DNA from: a virus
Lineage: Duplodnaviria; Caudoviricetes
DNA length: 33,468 nucleotides
Direction: 5' to 3' (one strand)
IMG/VR virus record: IMGVR_UViG_3300027804_000143
Location: 1-33,468 of that record
Shown here piece by piece: positions 1 to 7,709 of this stretch (within the stretch, counting starts at the first letter, position 1; each line of letters begins with the position of its first letter). The position numbers were made by a program, and so were the translations under genes. The notes under the pieces were generated by a model. It had not been told where the DNA came from, made no database searches, and saw nothing but the letters and a program-made list of their open reading frames with translations.

Positions 1-2
1 TG

Positions 3-626
3 CTTGAGTTCTTCCAGACAAACCTAAAGGGTAAGAACCACAGATCTATTTACATTCCTCTTCCAGCAGATGACGATGGCAACAAGGTTGAGTTCAAGAT
101 GGAAGCTGTTGAGGCGGACGTACAAGACTCATCATTTAACAAGTATCGTCAACAGAACAGAGATGAAATTTTAATTGCACATAGAACACCAATTTCTAAG
201 TTGGGTCTGCCAGAGGGAATTTCCCTTGCAGCAGCTAAAGATGCAGATAAGACATTTAAGGAGCAGGTTGCTAGACCAGCTCAAAGAAATCTAGAAAAGA
301 AACTTAACCGTTTGATTGCTGAATTCACAGACGCTTTTGTTTTGAAGTTTAATGAACTTACACTCACAGACGAGGATACACAGTCCAAGATTGATGAGCG
401 TTACCTACGAATGAAGACCATTGTGCCTAATGAAGTTCGTGCAAGACTGGGTATGCCAGGCCTGCCAGGAGGAGATTCGCCCGTACAGTTAACAGGACAG
501 CAAGCTGCTGACCAAACTGCAAGAGGAACAGGAAATCGCAGAAGAGATCAAGAAAGAACTGCTGAAGCTACTGATTCCAATGGAGCGGCAAGAAATCCTC
601 AAGGTGAGGGTCGAGTTACGCCCTGA
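3..626 (+). CDS. Portal protein, C-terminal part (5' truncated)
   Basis: Frame is open from position 3 (LEFFQTNLKGKNHRSIYIPLP...), upstream of the ORF-track ATG at 99. Motifs DSSFNKYRQQNRDEILIAHRTP and IVPNEVRARLGMP are typical of portal C-termini. Lies directly before protease and capsid genes. Confidence 0.88.
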   Translation, partial: LEFFQTNLKGKNHRSIYIPLPADDDGNKVEFKMEAVEADVQDSSFNKYRQQNRDEILIAHRTPISKLGLPEGISLAAAKDADKTFKEQVARPAQRNLEKKLNRLIAEFTDAFVLKFNELTLTDEDTQSKIDERYLRMKTIVPNEVRARLGMPGLPGGDSPVQLTGQQAADQTARGTGNRRRDQERTAEATDSNGAARNPQGEGRVTP

Positions 627-628
627 TT

Positions 629-657
629 TTGCATTACTAACAAATAGTTGATAAAAT
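629..657 (+). promoter_or_regulatory. Sigma70-type promoter for protease/capsid genes
   Basis: TTGCAT (629-634), 17 bp spacer, TAAAAT (652-657) with TG at 649-650. ATG at 668 has no SD. Confidence 0.6.
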
Positions 658-667
658 TAGTGTTGCT

Positions 668-1978
668 ATGGAGATAAAAAAGGCAAACTGGTATTCTGAT
701 GGAGACAGCCTCCGTCTTTCAATGCCTATCGCAAAAGTCGATAAGGAAAAGCGCATCGTATCAGGATTTGCGACCCTAGACAATATCGATCAACACGGAG
801 ACATCGTTTCCGCAGATGCTTCTGCTTCTGCGTTTGAGCGCTTCCGTGGAAATATTCGTGAGATGCACCAACCGCTTGCAGTAGGCAAGATGGTTTCATT
901 CCGCAAGGAAAAGTTATTTGATAAAGCAACTGGAAAAGAGTACAGCGGAGTTTTTGTTAACGCATACGTTTCAAAGGGTGCACAAGATACATGGGAGAAA
1001 GTTCTTGATGGAACTCTTTCAGGATTTTCAATCGGCGGGAATATTACAAAGACAATCGATGAGTATAACTCAGCACTAGATAAGTCAATTCGTGTTATTA
1101 AAGAATACGACCTAACAGAACTTTCATTAGTAGATAATCCAGCAAATCAACTTTCAAATATTGTTTCTATTCAAAAGACCGCTGATGGGACAGTGCTCAA
1201 GGGAATTGCAACAGAAACACAAGTTGAAAATGTTTTCTATGATAAGGAAACAGATGAAGTTTATCTATCAACAGAATCAGAATTTACATCACCAACTACA
1301 AATACTAATTTAGAATTAATTGGTTGGGTAGAAACAGCAGACACCAACAAGTCTGTCGAAATTAAGAGAATCCTTGACTCATACAAGCAGTCTAAGGTAC
1401 AGCCTGATCTTGCAAAGCAGGTTGAAGAAAATCAAGACACAGAAGGAGGTGTTACTGTGGCAGAAGATACAACAATTACCGTTGAAGAGACTCCAGCTGA
1501 GCAAGTTGCTCTAGTTGAGGAAGTCACAGAAACGGACCTCGCTAAGTCTGCTGATGCGGAAGCACCAGCAACCGAAGAGGCACCACAGGCAGATGCTGAA
1601 ACAGCACCTGCAGCCGTTGAAGAAGAAGCCGCTGACATTTCCGAAGTCGAAGTTGAAGAAACTGACTTTGCAAAAATGTTTGATGAAATGAAAAGCTTCA
1701 TCTCAACAGAAATTAGTAAGACTGCAACAGCTGAGGCTGTTTCAGGACTAGCAGCACAGGTTGATCAGAAAATTGCTGAAGTAACCAACAAATATAATGA
1801 ACTCGCAGAGGTTGTCAACAATATTAAGTCAACTATCTCAGGCGTCGAAAAGAGGGTCGACGGAGTAGAGAAAGATACTGCGATTCGCAAGTCTTCTGAT
1901 CTGGACGGGTCAGATGTAACAATACAAAAAACAAACAGCAAGTGGGGCGGGCATTTCCTCAGCGTCCGCAACATTTAA
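668..1978 (+). CDS. HK97-family prohead maturation protease fused to acidic/coiled-coil scaffold region
   Basis: VSGFATLDNIDQHGDIV, IREMH (His), GFSIGG (Ser) and ELSLVDNPAN are HK97 protease motifs. C-terminal half is Glu/Ala-rich, then heptad-like. Confidence 0.9.
   Translation: MEIKKANWYSDGDSLRLSMPIAKVDKEKRIVSGFATLDNIDQHGDIVSADASASAFERFRGNIREMHQPLAVGKMVSFRKEKLFDKATGKEYSGVFVNAYVSKGAQDTWEKVLDGTLSGFSIGGNITKTIDEYNSALDKSIRVIKEYDLTELSLVDNPANQLSNIVSIQKTADGTVLKGIATETQVENVFYDKETDEVYLSTESEFTSPTTNTNLELIGWVETADTNKSVEIKRILDSYKQSKVQPDLAKQVEENQDTEGGVTVAEDTTITVEETPAEQVALVEEVTETDLAKSADAEAPATEEAPQADAETAPAAVEEEAADISEVEVEETDFAKMFDEMKSFISTEISKTATAEAVSGLAAQVDQKIAEVTNKYNELAEVVNNIKSTISGVEKRVDGVEKDTAIRKSSDLDGSDVTIQKTNSKWGGHFLSVRNI
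1457..1978 (+). CDS. Probable nested in-frame scaffolding protein (173 aa, GTG start)
   Basis: AAGGAGGTG at 1443-1451 precedes an in-frame GTG at 1457, at the start of the acidic/coiled-coil region. Confidence 0.6.
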   Translation: MAEDTTITVEETPAEQVALVEEVTETDLAKSADAEAPATEEAPQADAETAPAAVEEEAADISEVEVEETDFAKMFDEMKSFISTEISKTATAEAVSGLAAQVDQKIAEVTNKYNELAEVVNNIKSTISGVEKRVDGVEKDTAIRKSSDLDGSDVTIQKTNSKWGGHFLSVRNI

Positions 1979-2010
1979 TTTATAAAAACAACGGAGGTGA
2001 AAATAAATAA

Positions 2011-2997
2011 ATGAGCGATATTCTACAAAAAGTAGTTGATACTACAAACGTTGGATCAGGAAATGGTGGTCTTCTAAACACAGACCAGGCTAACCGATTC
2101 ATCGATTACATGTTCGATGCTACAATTCTTGCCCGTGCAGCTCGTACAGTTCGCATGCGTTCTAACACAGCAGACATTGACAAGGTTGGAGTTGGTACTA
2201 GACTAATGACAGTAGCTACTGAAGCAACCCAAACAGGTGCTAATGCAGCAGTTACATTCTCCAAGATTTCTCTTACCACTAAGAAGCTACGTCTTGACTG
2301 GGAACTTTCAAGCGAAGCTCTTGAAGATAACATCGAGGGTGCTGATCTTGAGGATCACATTGCTCGCCTAATGGCAACTCAGGCAGGTAACGACATCGAA
2401 GATCTTTTGATCAATGGTGTTGGTACAGGTTCTGGTTTGATGTCAGCGTTTAAGGGATTCCGTGCACTTGCACTTGAGTCAGCAAACGTTGTAAACGCAG
2501 GCGGTGCAGTAATCTCTAAGGCAGTATTCAACAATGCAATCAAGGCTATGCCACGTAAGTACAAGCAACGCCGTAACGAACTTAAGTTCTTTACAGGTTC
2601 AAACCTAGTGCAGGATTATCTATACAACTTGACAACAATCGGTCAGGGTGGAACTCCAGAAGACATTGCATCTTCAATTCTTCGTGGAAATCCAAACGGA
2701 CCAGCTGGTGCTCCAGGTGGTGTAATTCCATTCGCATTCGGTATTCCAGTAGTTGAAGTTCCTCTAATCGATGAGACTAGAGACGGAGACTACTCAGGTG
2801 CTACAGGCGACCACGGAGATATCCATCTTACATTCGCTAACAACCTAGTTGTTGGTGTTAAGCGTGAGATTCAGGTATACCGTGAATTCAAGCCAAAGAA
2901 GGATACAATCGAGTACACAATGTTCGTAAGAACAGGATGTGCAATCGAAAATCCTGAAGCTTTTGTTGTGGTTAAGAACGTAAAGGTTTCAGCCTAA
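2011..2997 (+). CDS. Major capsid protein (HK97 fold)
   Basis: 328 aa after the protease. GGLLNTDQANRFID, LTTKKLRLDWELSSEALEDNIEG, FGIPVVEVP. Strong SD GGAGGTGA and a downstream terminator. Confidence 0.93.
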   Translation: MSDILQKVVDTTNVGSGNGGLLNTDQANRFIDYMFDATILARAARTVRMRSNTADIDKVGVGTRLMTVATEATQTGANAAVTFSKISLTTKKLRLDWELSSEALEDNIEGADLEDHIARLMATQAGNDIEDLLINGVGTGSGLMSAFKGFRALALESANVVNAGGAVISKAVFNNAIKAMPRKYKQRRNELKFFTGSNLVQDYLYNLTTIGQGGTPEDIASSILRGNPNGPAGAPGGVIPFAFGIPVVEVPLIDETRDGDYSGATGDHGDIHLTFANNLVVGVKREIQVYREFKPKKDTIEYTMFVRTGCAIENPEAFVVVKNVKVSA

Positions 2998-3021
2998 CAA
3001 ATTTAACAACTAAATAGTCTG

Positions 3022-3050
3022 AAGGGGAGCTCCGAAAGGGGTTCCCCTTT
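3022..3050 (+). terminator. Intrinsic terminator-like hairpin after capsid gene
   Basis: AAGGGGAGCTCC-GAAA-GGGGTTCCCCTT: 12-bp stem (2 G-U pairs) with GNRA loop and a short U run. Confidence 0.8.
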
Positions 3051-3061
3051 AGTCATATGGG

Positions 3062-3070
3062 TGCTATAAT
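3062..3070 (+). promoter_or_regulatory. Extended -10 promoter
   Basis: TGCTATAAT just downstream of the terminator, followed by SD GAGGAG and ATG at 3099. Confidence 0.65.
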
Positions 3071-3098
3071 TAGAAGGAAAAGACTGAGAGGAGAATAA

Positions 3099-3497
3099 AT
3101 GTCTTTTAATAATTTGAAGCTTGAGGAGCTTCGTAAGGTCGCAGAAACATTTGCGGTAGATCACGAGTCAGCAAAGAACAAGGCAGACCTAATTGCCCTA
3201 CTCGCAGAAGAGGGTGTAAGCTACGAAATGTATAATAGTTTTGTTAACGCCGAAAAGGTCGAAGCGGAAGTAGAAGAAAAGAAAACACTTGGATCAAAGC
3301 CAAATACCGAACTCAAGGGTGGCCAGGTCCTAGTAAAGATGGAAAGAATGAACCCAAGATATGATGTAAATGCATTCACATTTACAAAAGAAAATCCATT
3401 TATCGTAATGTCTGAGAAAGACGCACAGGAGATTTTTGACACACAGGAAGGTTTCAGACTTGCCACTCCCAAGGAGGTACAGGAGTTTTACTCCTAA
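3099..3497 (+). CDS. Hypothetical protein with N-terminal HeH/Rho-N/SAP-like domain
   Basis: FNNLKLEELRKVAETFAVDHESAKNKADLIALL fits the helix-extended-helix pattern. Confidence 0.6.
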   Translation: MSFNNLKLEELRKVAETFAVDHESAKNKADLIALLAEEGVSYEMYNSFVNAEKVEAEVEEKKTLGSKPNTELKGGQVLVKMERMNPRYDVNAFTFTKENPFIVMSEKDAQEIFDTQEGFRLATPKEVQEFYS

Positions 3498-3505
3498 TTA
3501 ATTAA

Positions 3506-4435
3506 ATGGAGTTATACACAGGTAGGACCCAAAAGGTATATCTTGATGTTTATGTTAGCGATGAGCTCAGGGACACAGATTCATTACCACAGGTCAATAT
3601 TTACGATTTAAACACAGACGTTCTTATTGTTGCTGGAACAGCAGCCAAAGAGTCTGATGATGAAGGTCACTACAGCTTTGTAGTTAGAGATGACTTTGTA
3701 ATGACAGACAAGATGATTAAGGTTGTCTGGACTTACTCTGTAGACTTCAATCAGATGACTACTGTGGACGCTTACCATGTTGTAACTCCATACCTTTCTA
3801 TTCATGACGTATATACCAAGCTACACTTTGGCCGTGAGCCAGGGGATGCTAATTATGTACCATATCATGAGGTTAGAGAAGCAGAGAAGTTTGCAAGATT
3901 TATGATAGAGAACTTTACTGGAGTAAATTTTGGAAAGCAGGAAAAGACAGTCTCTGCATACGGACAAGACGCAGACGTATTATTTTTAGGAGAAAGAATT
4001 ATATCTTACTCTGTTATAAAGGAAAATAATAAGCTTGCTATTGATACCGTAAATTCAATTAACAATTTTAATTTTGCAGTAAATATTACAGAAACAAACC
4101 ATGCTCTTAGAATTTATTCTGAAGAAGACATTAACGAGGGCGGGATGAAGGATATTGTTTATCCGCACTACGGTAGCTTTGTCCAAGGATACAAGTATGA
4201 CATTACTGGAGTATTCGGATGGAAGGCTGTTCCAGAAAAGGTTCAGGCTGGAGCGCTTATGTTAGTAAGAGATTATTTTAGTAAGGATCACATTTGGAGA
4301 TCCAGATTTGTTCAAAGCGTATCATACGGAGACACAGATATGGAATTTTCCAAGCTAGCGTTCAGAGGGACTGGTAATTTTTATGTGGACAAGCTCCTTG
4401 AAGAGTATAAGTCCACAAATATGGCGGTAATCTAA
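3506..4435 (+). CDS. Head-to-tail adaptor (with extra N-terminal beta domain)
   Basis: Position after capsid. PYLSIHDV, ARFMIENFTG, FGWKAVPEKVQAGALML and VDKLLEEYK resemble gp15/gp6-like adaptors. Confidence 0.75.
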   Translation: MELYTGRTQKVYLDVYVSDELRDTDSLPQVNIYDLNTDVLIVAGTAAKESDDEGHYSFVVRDDFVMTDKMIKVVWTYSVDFNQMTTVDAYHVVTPYLSIHDVYTKLHFGREPGDANYVPYHEVREAEKFARFMIENFTGVNFGKQEKTVSAYGQDADVLFLGERIISYSVIKENNKLAIDTVNSINNFNFAVNITETNHALRIYSEEDINEGGMKDIVYPHYGSFVQGYKYDITGVFGWKAVPEKVQAGALMLVRDYFSKDHIWRSRFVQSVSYGDTDMEFSKLAFRGTGNFYVDKLLEEYKSTNMAVI

Positions 4436-4866
4436 TGCTTGGTTCATACTCAGTAGAAGCCAAGTACGCAATGCTTGCAGACGTTTATCGTGTACAGCAA
4501 AAGCGTGATGAGAACACTGGAGAAATTAAAAGACAGTGGATATATGCTGAAACTATTTCATGCTTAGCTAAGTCGATTATTTCATCTGGCGTCCGCACTC
4601 CGTCAAACGATAGGACTATTGATAATAGATATATTATTGAAGAGATTATTAAGATCAACACGGTAGAAAAGCTTTCTAGAAACTCTAAGATAACAAACAT
4701 TAGAGATCTAAACGGACTAGTTCTTTGGGAAGAGGCAGAGGTTCTAAATAATCCTCCCACCATGTTCTCAATAGTTGGTTCTACTCCAATCGTGGATGCT
4801 TTTGGTCAAATACTCGAATACGAGACAACATTACAGAGAAGCGAGATTCAGGATGCCCTCTCTTAA
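4435..4866 (+). CDS. Head closure/stopper protein
   Basis: 143 aa, beta-rich (DVYRVQQKRDENTGEIKRQW), follows the adaptor with TAATG coupling. Confidence 0.65.
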   Translation: MLGSYSVEAKYAMLADVYRVQQKRDENTGEIKRQWIYAETISCLAKSIISSGVRTPSNDRTIDNRYIIEEIIKINTVEKLSRNSKITNIRDLNGLVLWEEAEVLNNPPTMFSIVGSTPIVDAFGQILEYETTLQRSEIQDALS

Positions 4867-5605
4867 AGTAATTACAAATGCTTCGGATACTATTGGAAAC
4901 GCTATGGCTTATGTCGAAGGCGTTGCTAAGTCTACTAGAACATATGAAGTTGATCAGGCTATAGGTCAGGCAGTTACAGCAATAGCAGAAAAATCATTAG
5001 CAGCATTTATCGATACCGAAGCTAGACTTAGCCCAAAGTCCCTACACCATGTTTATGAATGGGGAAGAGTCGGTACACCGCTAGGAAGACTGTGGAAAGT
5101 AACTGGTCAGTATAAGGCGGGAGCCATTGTTTTGTCATCTGAGTTTAAGCAGTCACGCACTTATGTTCCAATCAAAAACGGTACAGTAAGAAGACATAAG
5201 TTTACATACAAGGCTGATGTTATGGAGAAAGGGCAAACTGTAAGAATTACAGCAAAGAACGCACAAGCGCTTTTCTTTTATTCTAATGATGGAACTCCAG
5301 TTTTTATTCCAAAGGGGAGATTTGTTACAGTAAGAACCCCTGGAGGAAGAGAAGTTAAGGGAGCATATCAAAAAACAATGTTTAGATTTATTAACTCTGC
5401 TAGATTAAATGCTGATATGGCAAAGTCACCTTTATTCAAAGAGATCGAAAGAGCACAAGCCCTTGCTGGAATGCAGATGCCTAGATCAGTAGCAGGAAAG
5501 AATTCTAGAAGATCATTCCAATCACTTGGCGAAGCTAATGCTTCTAAGAATATTAGACAAGTGGCAAGATCATACGAGAAAGCGAAGCGTGATGTAAATG
5601 GCTGA
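4853..5605 (+). CDS. Neck/tail completion-like basic protein (start revised to ATG 4853)
   Basis: Synteny between stopper and tail terminator. Basic composition, HHVYEW motif. The 4775 start would give an implausible overlap. Confidence 0.55.
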   Translation: MPSLKVITNASDTIGNAMAYVEGVAKSTRTYEVDQAIGQAVTAIAEKSLAAFIDTEARLSPKSLHHVYEWGRVGTPLGRLWKVTGQYKAGAIVLSSEFKQSRTYVPIKNGTVRRHKFTYKADVMEKGQTVRITAKNAQALFFYSNDGTPVFIPKGRFVTVRTPGGREVKGAYQKTMFRFINSARLNADMAKSPLFKEIERAQALAGMQMPRSVAGKNSRRSFQSLGEANASKNIRQVARSYEKAKRDVNG

Positions 5606-6116
5606 TTATAGCAAGACGGCTCTTACCAACGTACTAAAGGTTTTGTGGCGGGAACTTAAGGATAGCTCAGTGCTTAATCCTAATGACTATCCTCCTATAT
5701 ATAGAGACCCATTTGGTCCAATATTTTCTGTCCAGCAGAGTGGACAAAGAGAGCAGTTCATTAAGGCAGACGCTCCATATATTGTCTATGACTACGATAT
5801 CGTAGGATATGACACTGATTGGGTTATTTGCCAAGACAGATTAACATTTAAGATTTATTCAACAACATTAACAGAGACAATCAAAATCATGAATGTCATG
5901 TTAGACCTATTTAGAAGATTCGACGAATCGGCTAAGACGGTAAATGAGTATGTGAAGGACATAGATCCAACCAGCCCATTTGCCTACAAATACTTTTCCC
6001 TTACTGAGGCAAACTCGCCTAACCCAGCTTCTGAGCTGCAGGGCGAACTAGAGGCTGATCTAGCCATAGTATATTCTTACACTAGGGATTTAAATTCGGA
6101 AGGAAGATTTGCCTAA
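5598..6116 (+). CDS. Tail terminator protein
   Basis: 172 aa immediately before the major tail gene. APYIVYD motif and TFKIYS strand. Confidence 0.65.
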   Translation: MADYSKTALTNVLKVLWRELKDSSVLNPNDYPPIYRDPFGPIFSVQQSGQREQFIKADAPYIVYDYDIVGYDTDWVICQDRLTFKIYSTTLTETIKIMNVMLDLFRRFDESAKTVNEYVKDIDPTSPFAYKYFSLTEANSPNPASELQGELEADLAIVYSYTRDLNSEGRFA

Positions 6117-6137
6117 TAACCCCAGTTCAAGTATTAT
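6109..6137 (+). promoter_or_regulatory. Putative promoter for major tail gene
   Basis: TTGCCT (6109-6114), 17 bp spacer, TATTAT (6132-6137). Confidence 0.45.
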
Positions 6138-6198
6138 TGGATTTGAGGAAATGCCGCAAAACTTATATCCTAAAAAAAGGAGGAGGTGAAATAAATAA

Positions 6199-6867
6199 AT
6201 GGCAACAAACGTTCGTAATATTATTATCGGTGCAGCAAGAATTTTCATTTCTGCAAAAGATTCAACATCAAACGACTGGTCTGACTCATATCAGGACGGT
6301 CTAGATCCATTCGCAGTAGCGCAACAGCCTACTGGATCATACGTATCAGACGCTAACTTTGGTACAGGTAAGGTTTTGGATTCAACAAAGTGGAAAGACG
6401 TCGGATTTACATCTGAAGGTCTTGAAGTTATGTATGAACCAACATATGGTGAGGTAGAAGTAGACCAGCAGCTCGACGTTGCGAAGCTTTTCAAGTCTTC
6501 ACAGCGTGTTATGCTTCGTACAACTCTTACAGAAGGTACACTTCGCAATATGATGGTGGTCTTTGGTGAGAAAGAAGCAAATCTTAAGTCTTATGACAGC
6601 GTAGCTGACTCCCGTCTTGATCTCTCAGTAGGTGCTCTTAACGAAGAGCCAACAGAGCGTCAATTCATCGCAGTTGGAAACGCACCAACAACTTCAACAG
6701 GCGCAGACCGTGAGCGTGTTTACTATGCTCGTCGTGTTCTATCTGTAGAAGCGTCAAACCACTCTCTACGTCGTAACGAAGCAACTGTGTTCCCAGTGAC
6801 ATTCCGTCTCTTGGGTGACCCACGTTACTCAGATACATACGGTAGAATCGTAGATCGCTTGATCTAA
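6199..6867 (+). CDS. Major tail tube protein
   Basis: NIIIGAARIF, WKDVGFTSEGLEVMYEP, EVEVDQ, VFPVTFRLL are siphovirus tail tube motifs. Strong SD and downstream terminator. Confidence 0.9.
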   Translation: MATNVRNIIIGAARIFISAKDSTSNDWSDSYQDGLDPFAVAQQPTGSYVSDANFGTGKVLDSTKWKDVGFTSEGLEVMYEPTYGEVEVDQQLDVAKLFKSSQRVMLRTTLTEGTLRNMMVVFGEKEANLKSYDSVADSRLDLSVGALNEEPTERQFIAVGNAPTTSTGADRERVYYARRVLSVEASNHSLRRNEATVFPVTFRLLGDPRYSDTYGRIVDRLI

Positions 6868-6885
6868 ATTTAAATCGTAAGATTA

Positions 6886-6919
6886 GCGGGACCCCCAGAA
6901 ATGGGGGTCTTGTCTTTTT
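6886..6919 (+). terminator. Intrinsic terminator after major tail gene
   Basis: GCGGGACCCCCA-GAAA-TGGGGGTCTTGT followed by CTTTTT. Confidence 0.85.
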
Positions 6920-6938
6920 AGCCCTAGTTTGCTATAAT
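6910..6938 (+). promoter_or_regulatory. Promoter overlapping terminator 3' arm
   Basis: TTGTCT (6910-6915), 17 bp spacer, TATAAT (6933-6938) with TG extension. SD AGGAGG 6953-6958, TTG start at 6964. Confidence 0.65.
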
Positions 6939-6963
6939 TATTAAGACTATTTAGGAGGTCACT

Positions 6964-7299
6964 TTGGCTACCACATTATACGATACAGTGGAAATTGAAT
7001 TACAAGACGGAAGAAAGGCAGTGCTTAAGCCCCTTCCAATTAAGCGACTAAAAGAATTTATGAAGGTCGTTACTAAGCTAGATACAGTAAAAGACGAAGA
7101 AGAAGCAATCGATATTTTTATCGAAGCAAGTGCTATTGCTCTTAGAAAAAGCTTGCCAGAATTAGCAGCTGACAAAGAGGCCCTAGAAGAGGCCCTAGAC
7201 GTTCCGACTATTTGGAAAATCATGGAAATCTGCGGAGGAATTAAACTTGGTGATCCAAATTTAATGGCGGCAGCGACCAAGATGAGTGGGACAAACTAA
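6964..7299 (+). CDS. Tail assembly chaperone (gpG-like)
   Basis: 111 aa between major tail and tape measure genes. TTG start with good SD. Contains GDPNL near its end. Confidence 0.85.
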   Translation: MATTLYDTVEIELQDGRKAVLKPLPIKRLKEFMKVVTKLDTVKDEEEAIDIFIEASAIALRKSLPELAADKEALEEALDVPTIWKIMEICGGIKLGDPNLMAAATKMSGTN

Positions 7300-7676
7300 C
7301 TAATAAAACCAAGTCTTCCTCAACATGGGAGGACCTTGATCTCGCTGCCTTAGAAAAACAAGCTTTTCTTTTAGGGATTTGGAAAAACTACGAAGAACTA
7401 GAAGAGGAAATGTCCTTAGTGGAGCTAATTCTAACATTAGAAGAGGCTAACAAAAAAGAATATGAGGATAAGAAATTTCTTGCTGCCCTACAAGGGGTAG
7501 ACTTGGATGAAAATAATTCTTCAGGTGCTAAAACATTTGAAGATATTAGGAGGGAAGCACTGGGAGACGATCCTGCTACAAACGATGTGGCAAACCTTAA
7601 GGGATCACTTGCAAGACAAGAAGGTTTTGGCGTAGGTCAAGGCTTAATGTACGAAGAGTGGGACGCTAGAGCGTAA
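6964..7676 (+). CDS. Tail assembly chaperone frameshift product (gpGT-like, about 237 aa)
   Basis: Slippery heptamer A AAT TTA at 7257-7263. The -1 frame is open from 7254 to the stop at 7676 and includes the ORF-track 7410 ORF. Confidence 0.8.
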
Positions 7677-7690
7677 TAGGATCGAAAATC

Positions 7691-7709
7691 TGGGATAATA
7701 TAGCATATG
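7691..7709 (+). promoter_or_regulatory. Possible leaderless promoter of tape measure gene
   Basis: TGGGATAAT (7691-7699), 7 nt, then ATG at 7707. No SD at normal spacing. Confidence 0.45.

Noticed and set aside
7410-7676. Stand-alone 88-aa gene
   Set aside because: Its frame is open and coding-like from 7254. It is better explained as the frameshift extension of the chaperone, though GAGGA near 7403 means independent initiation is not excluded.
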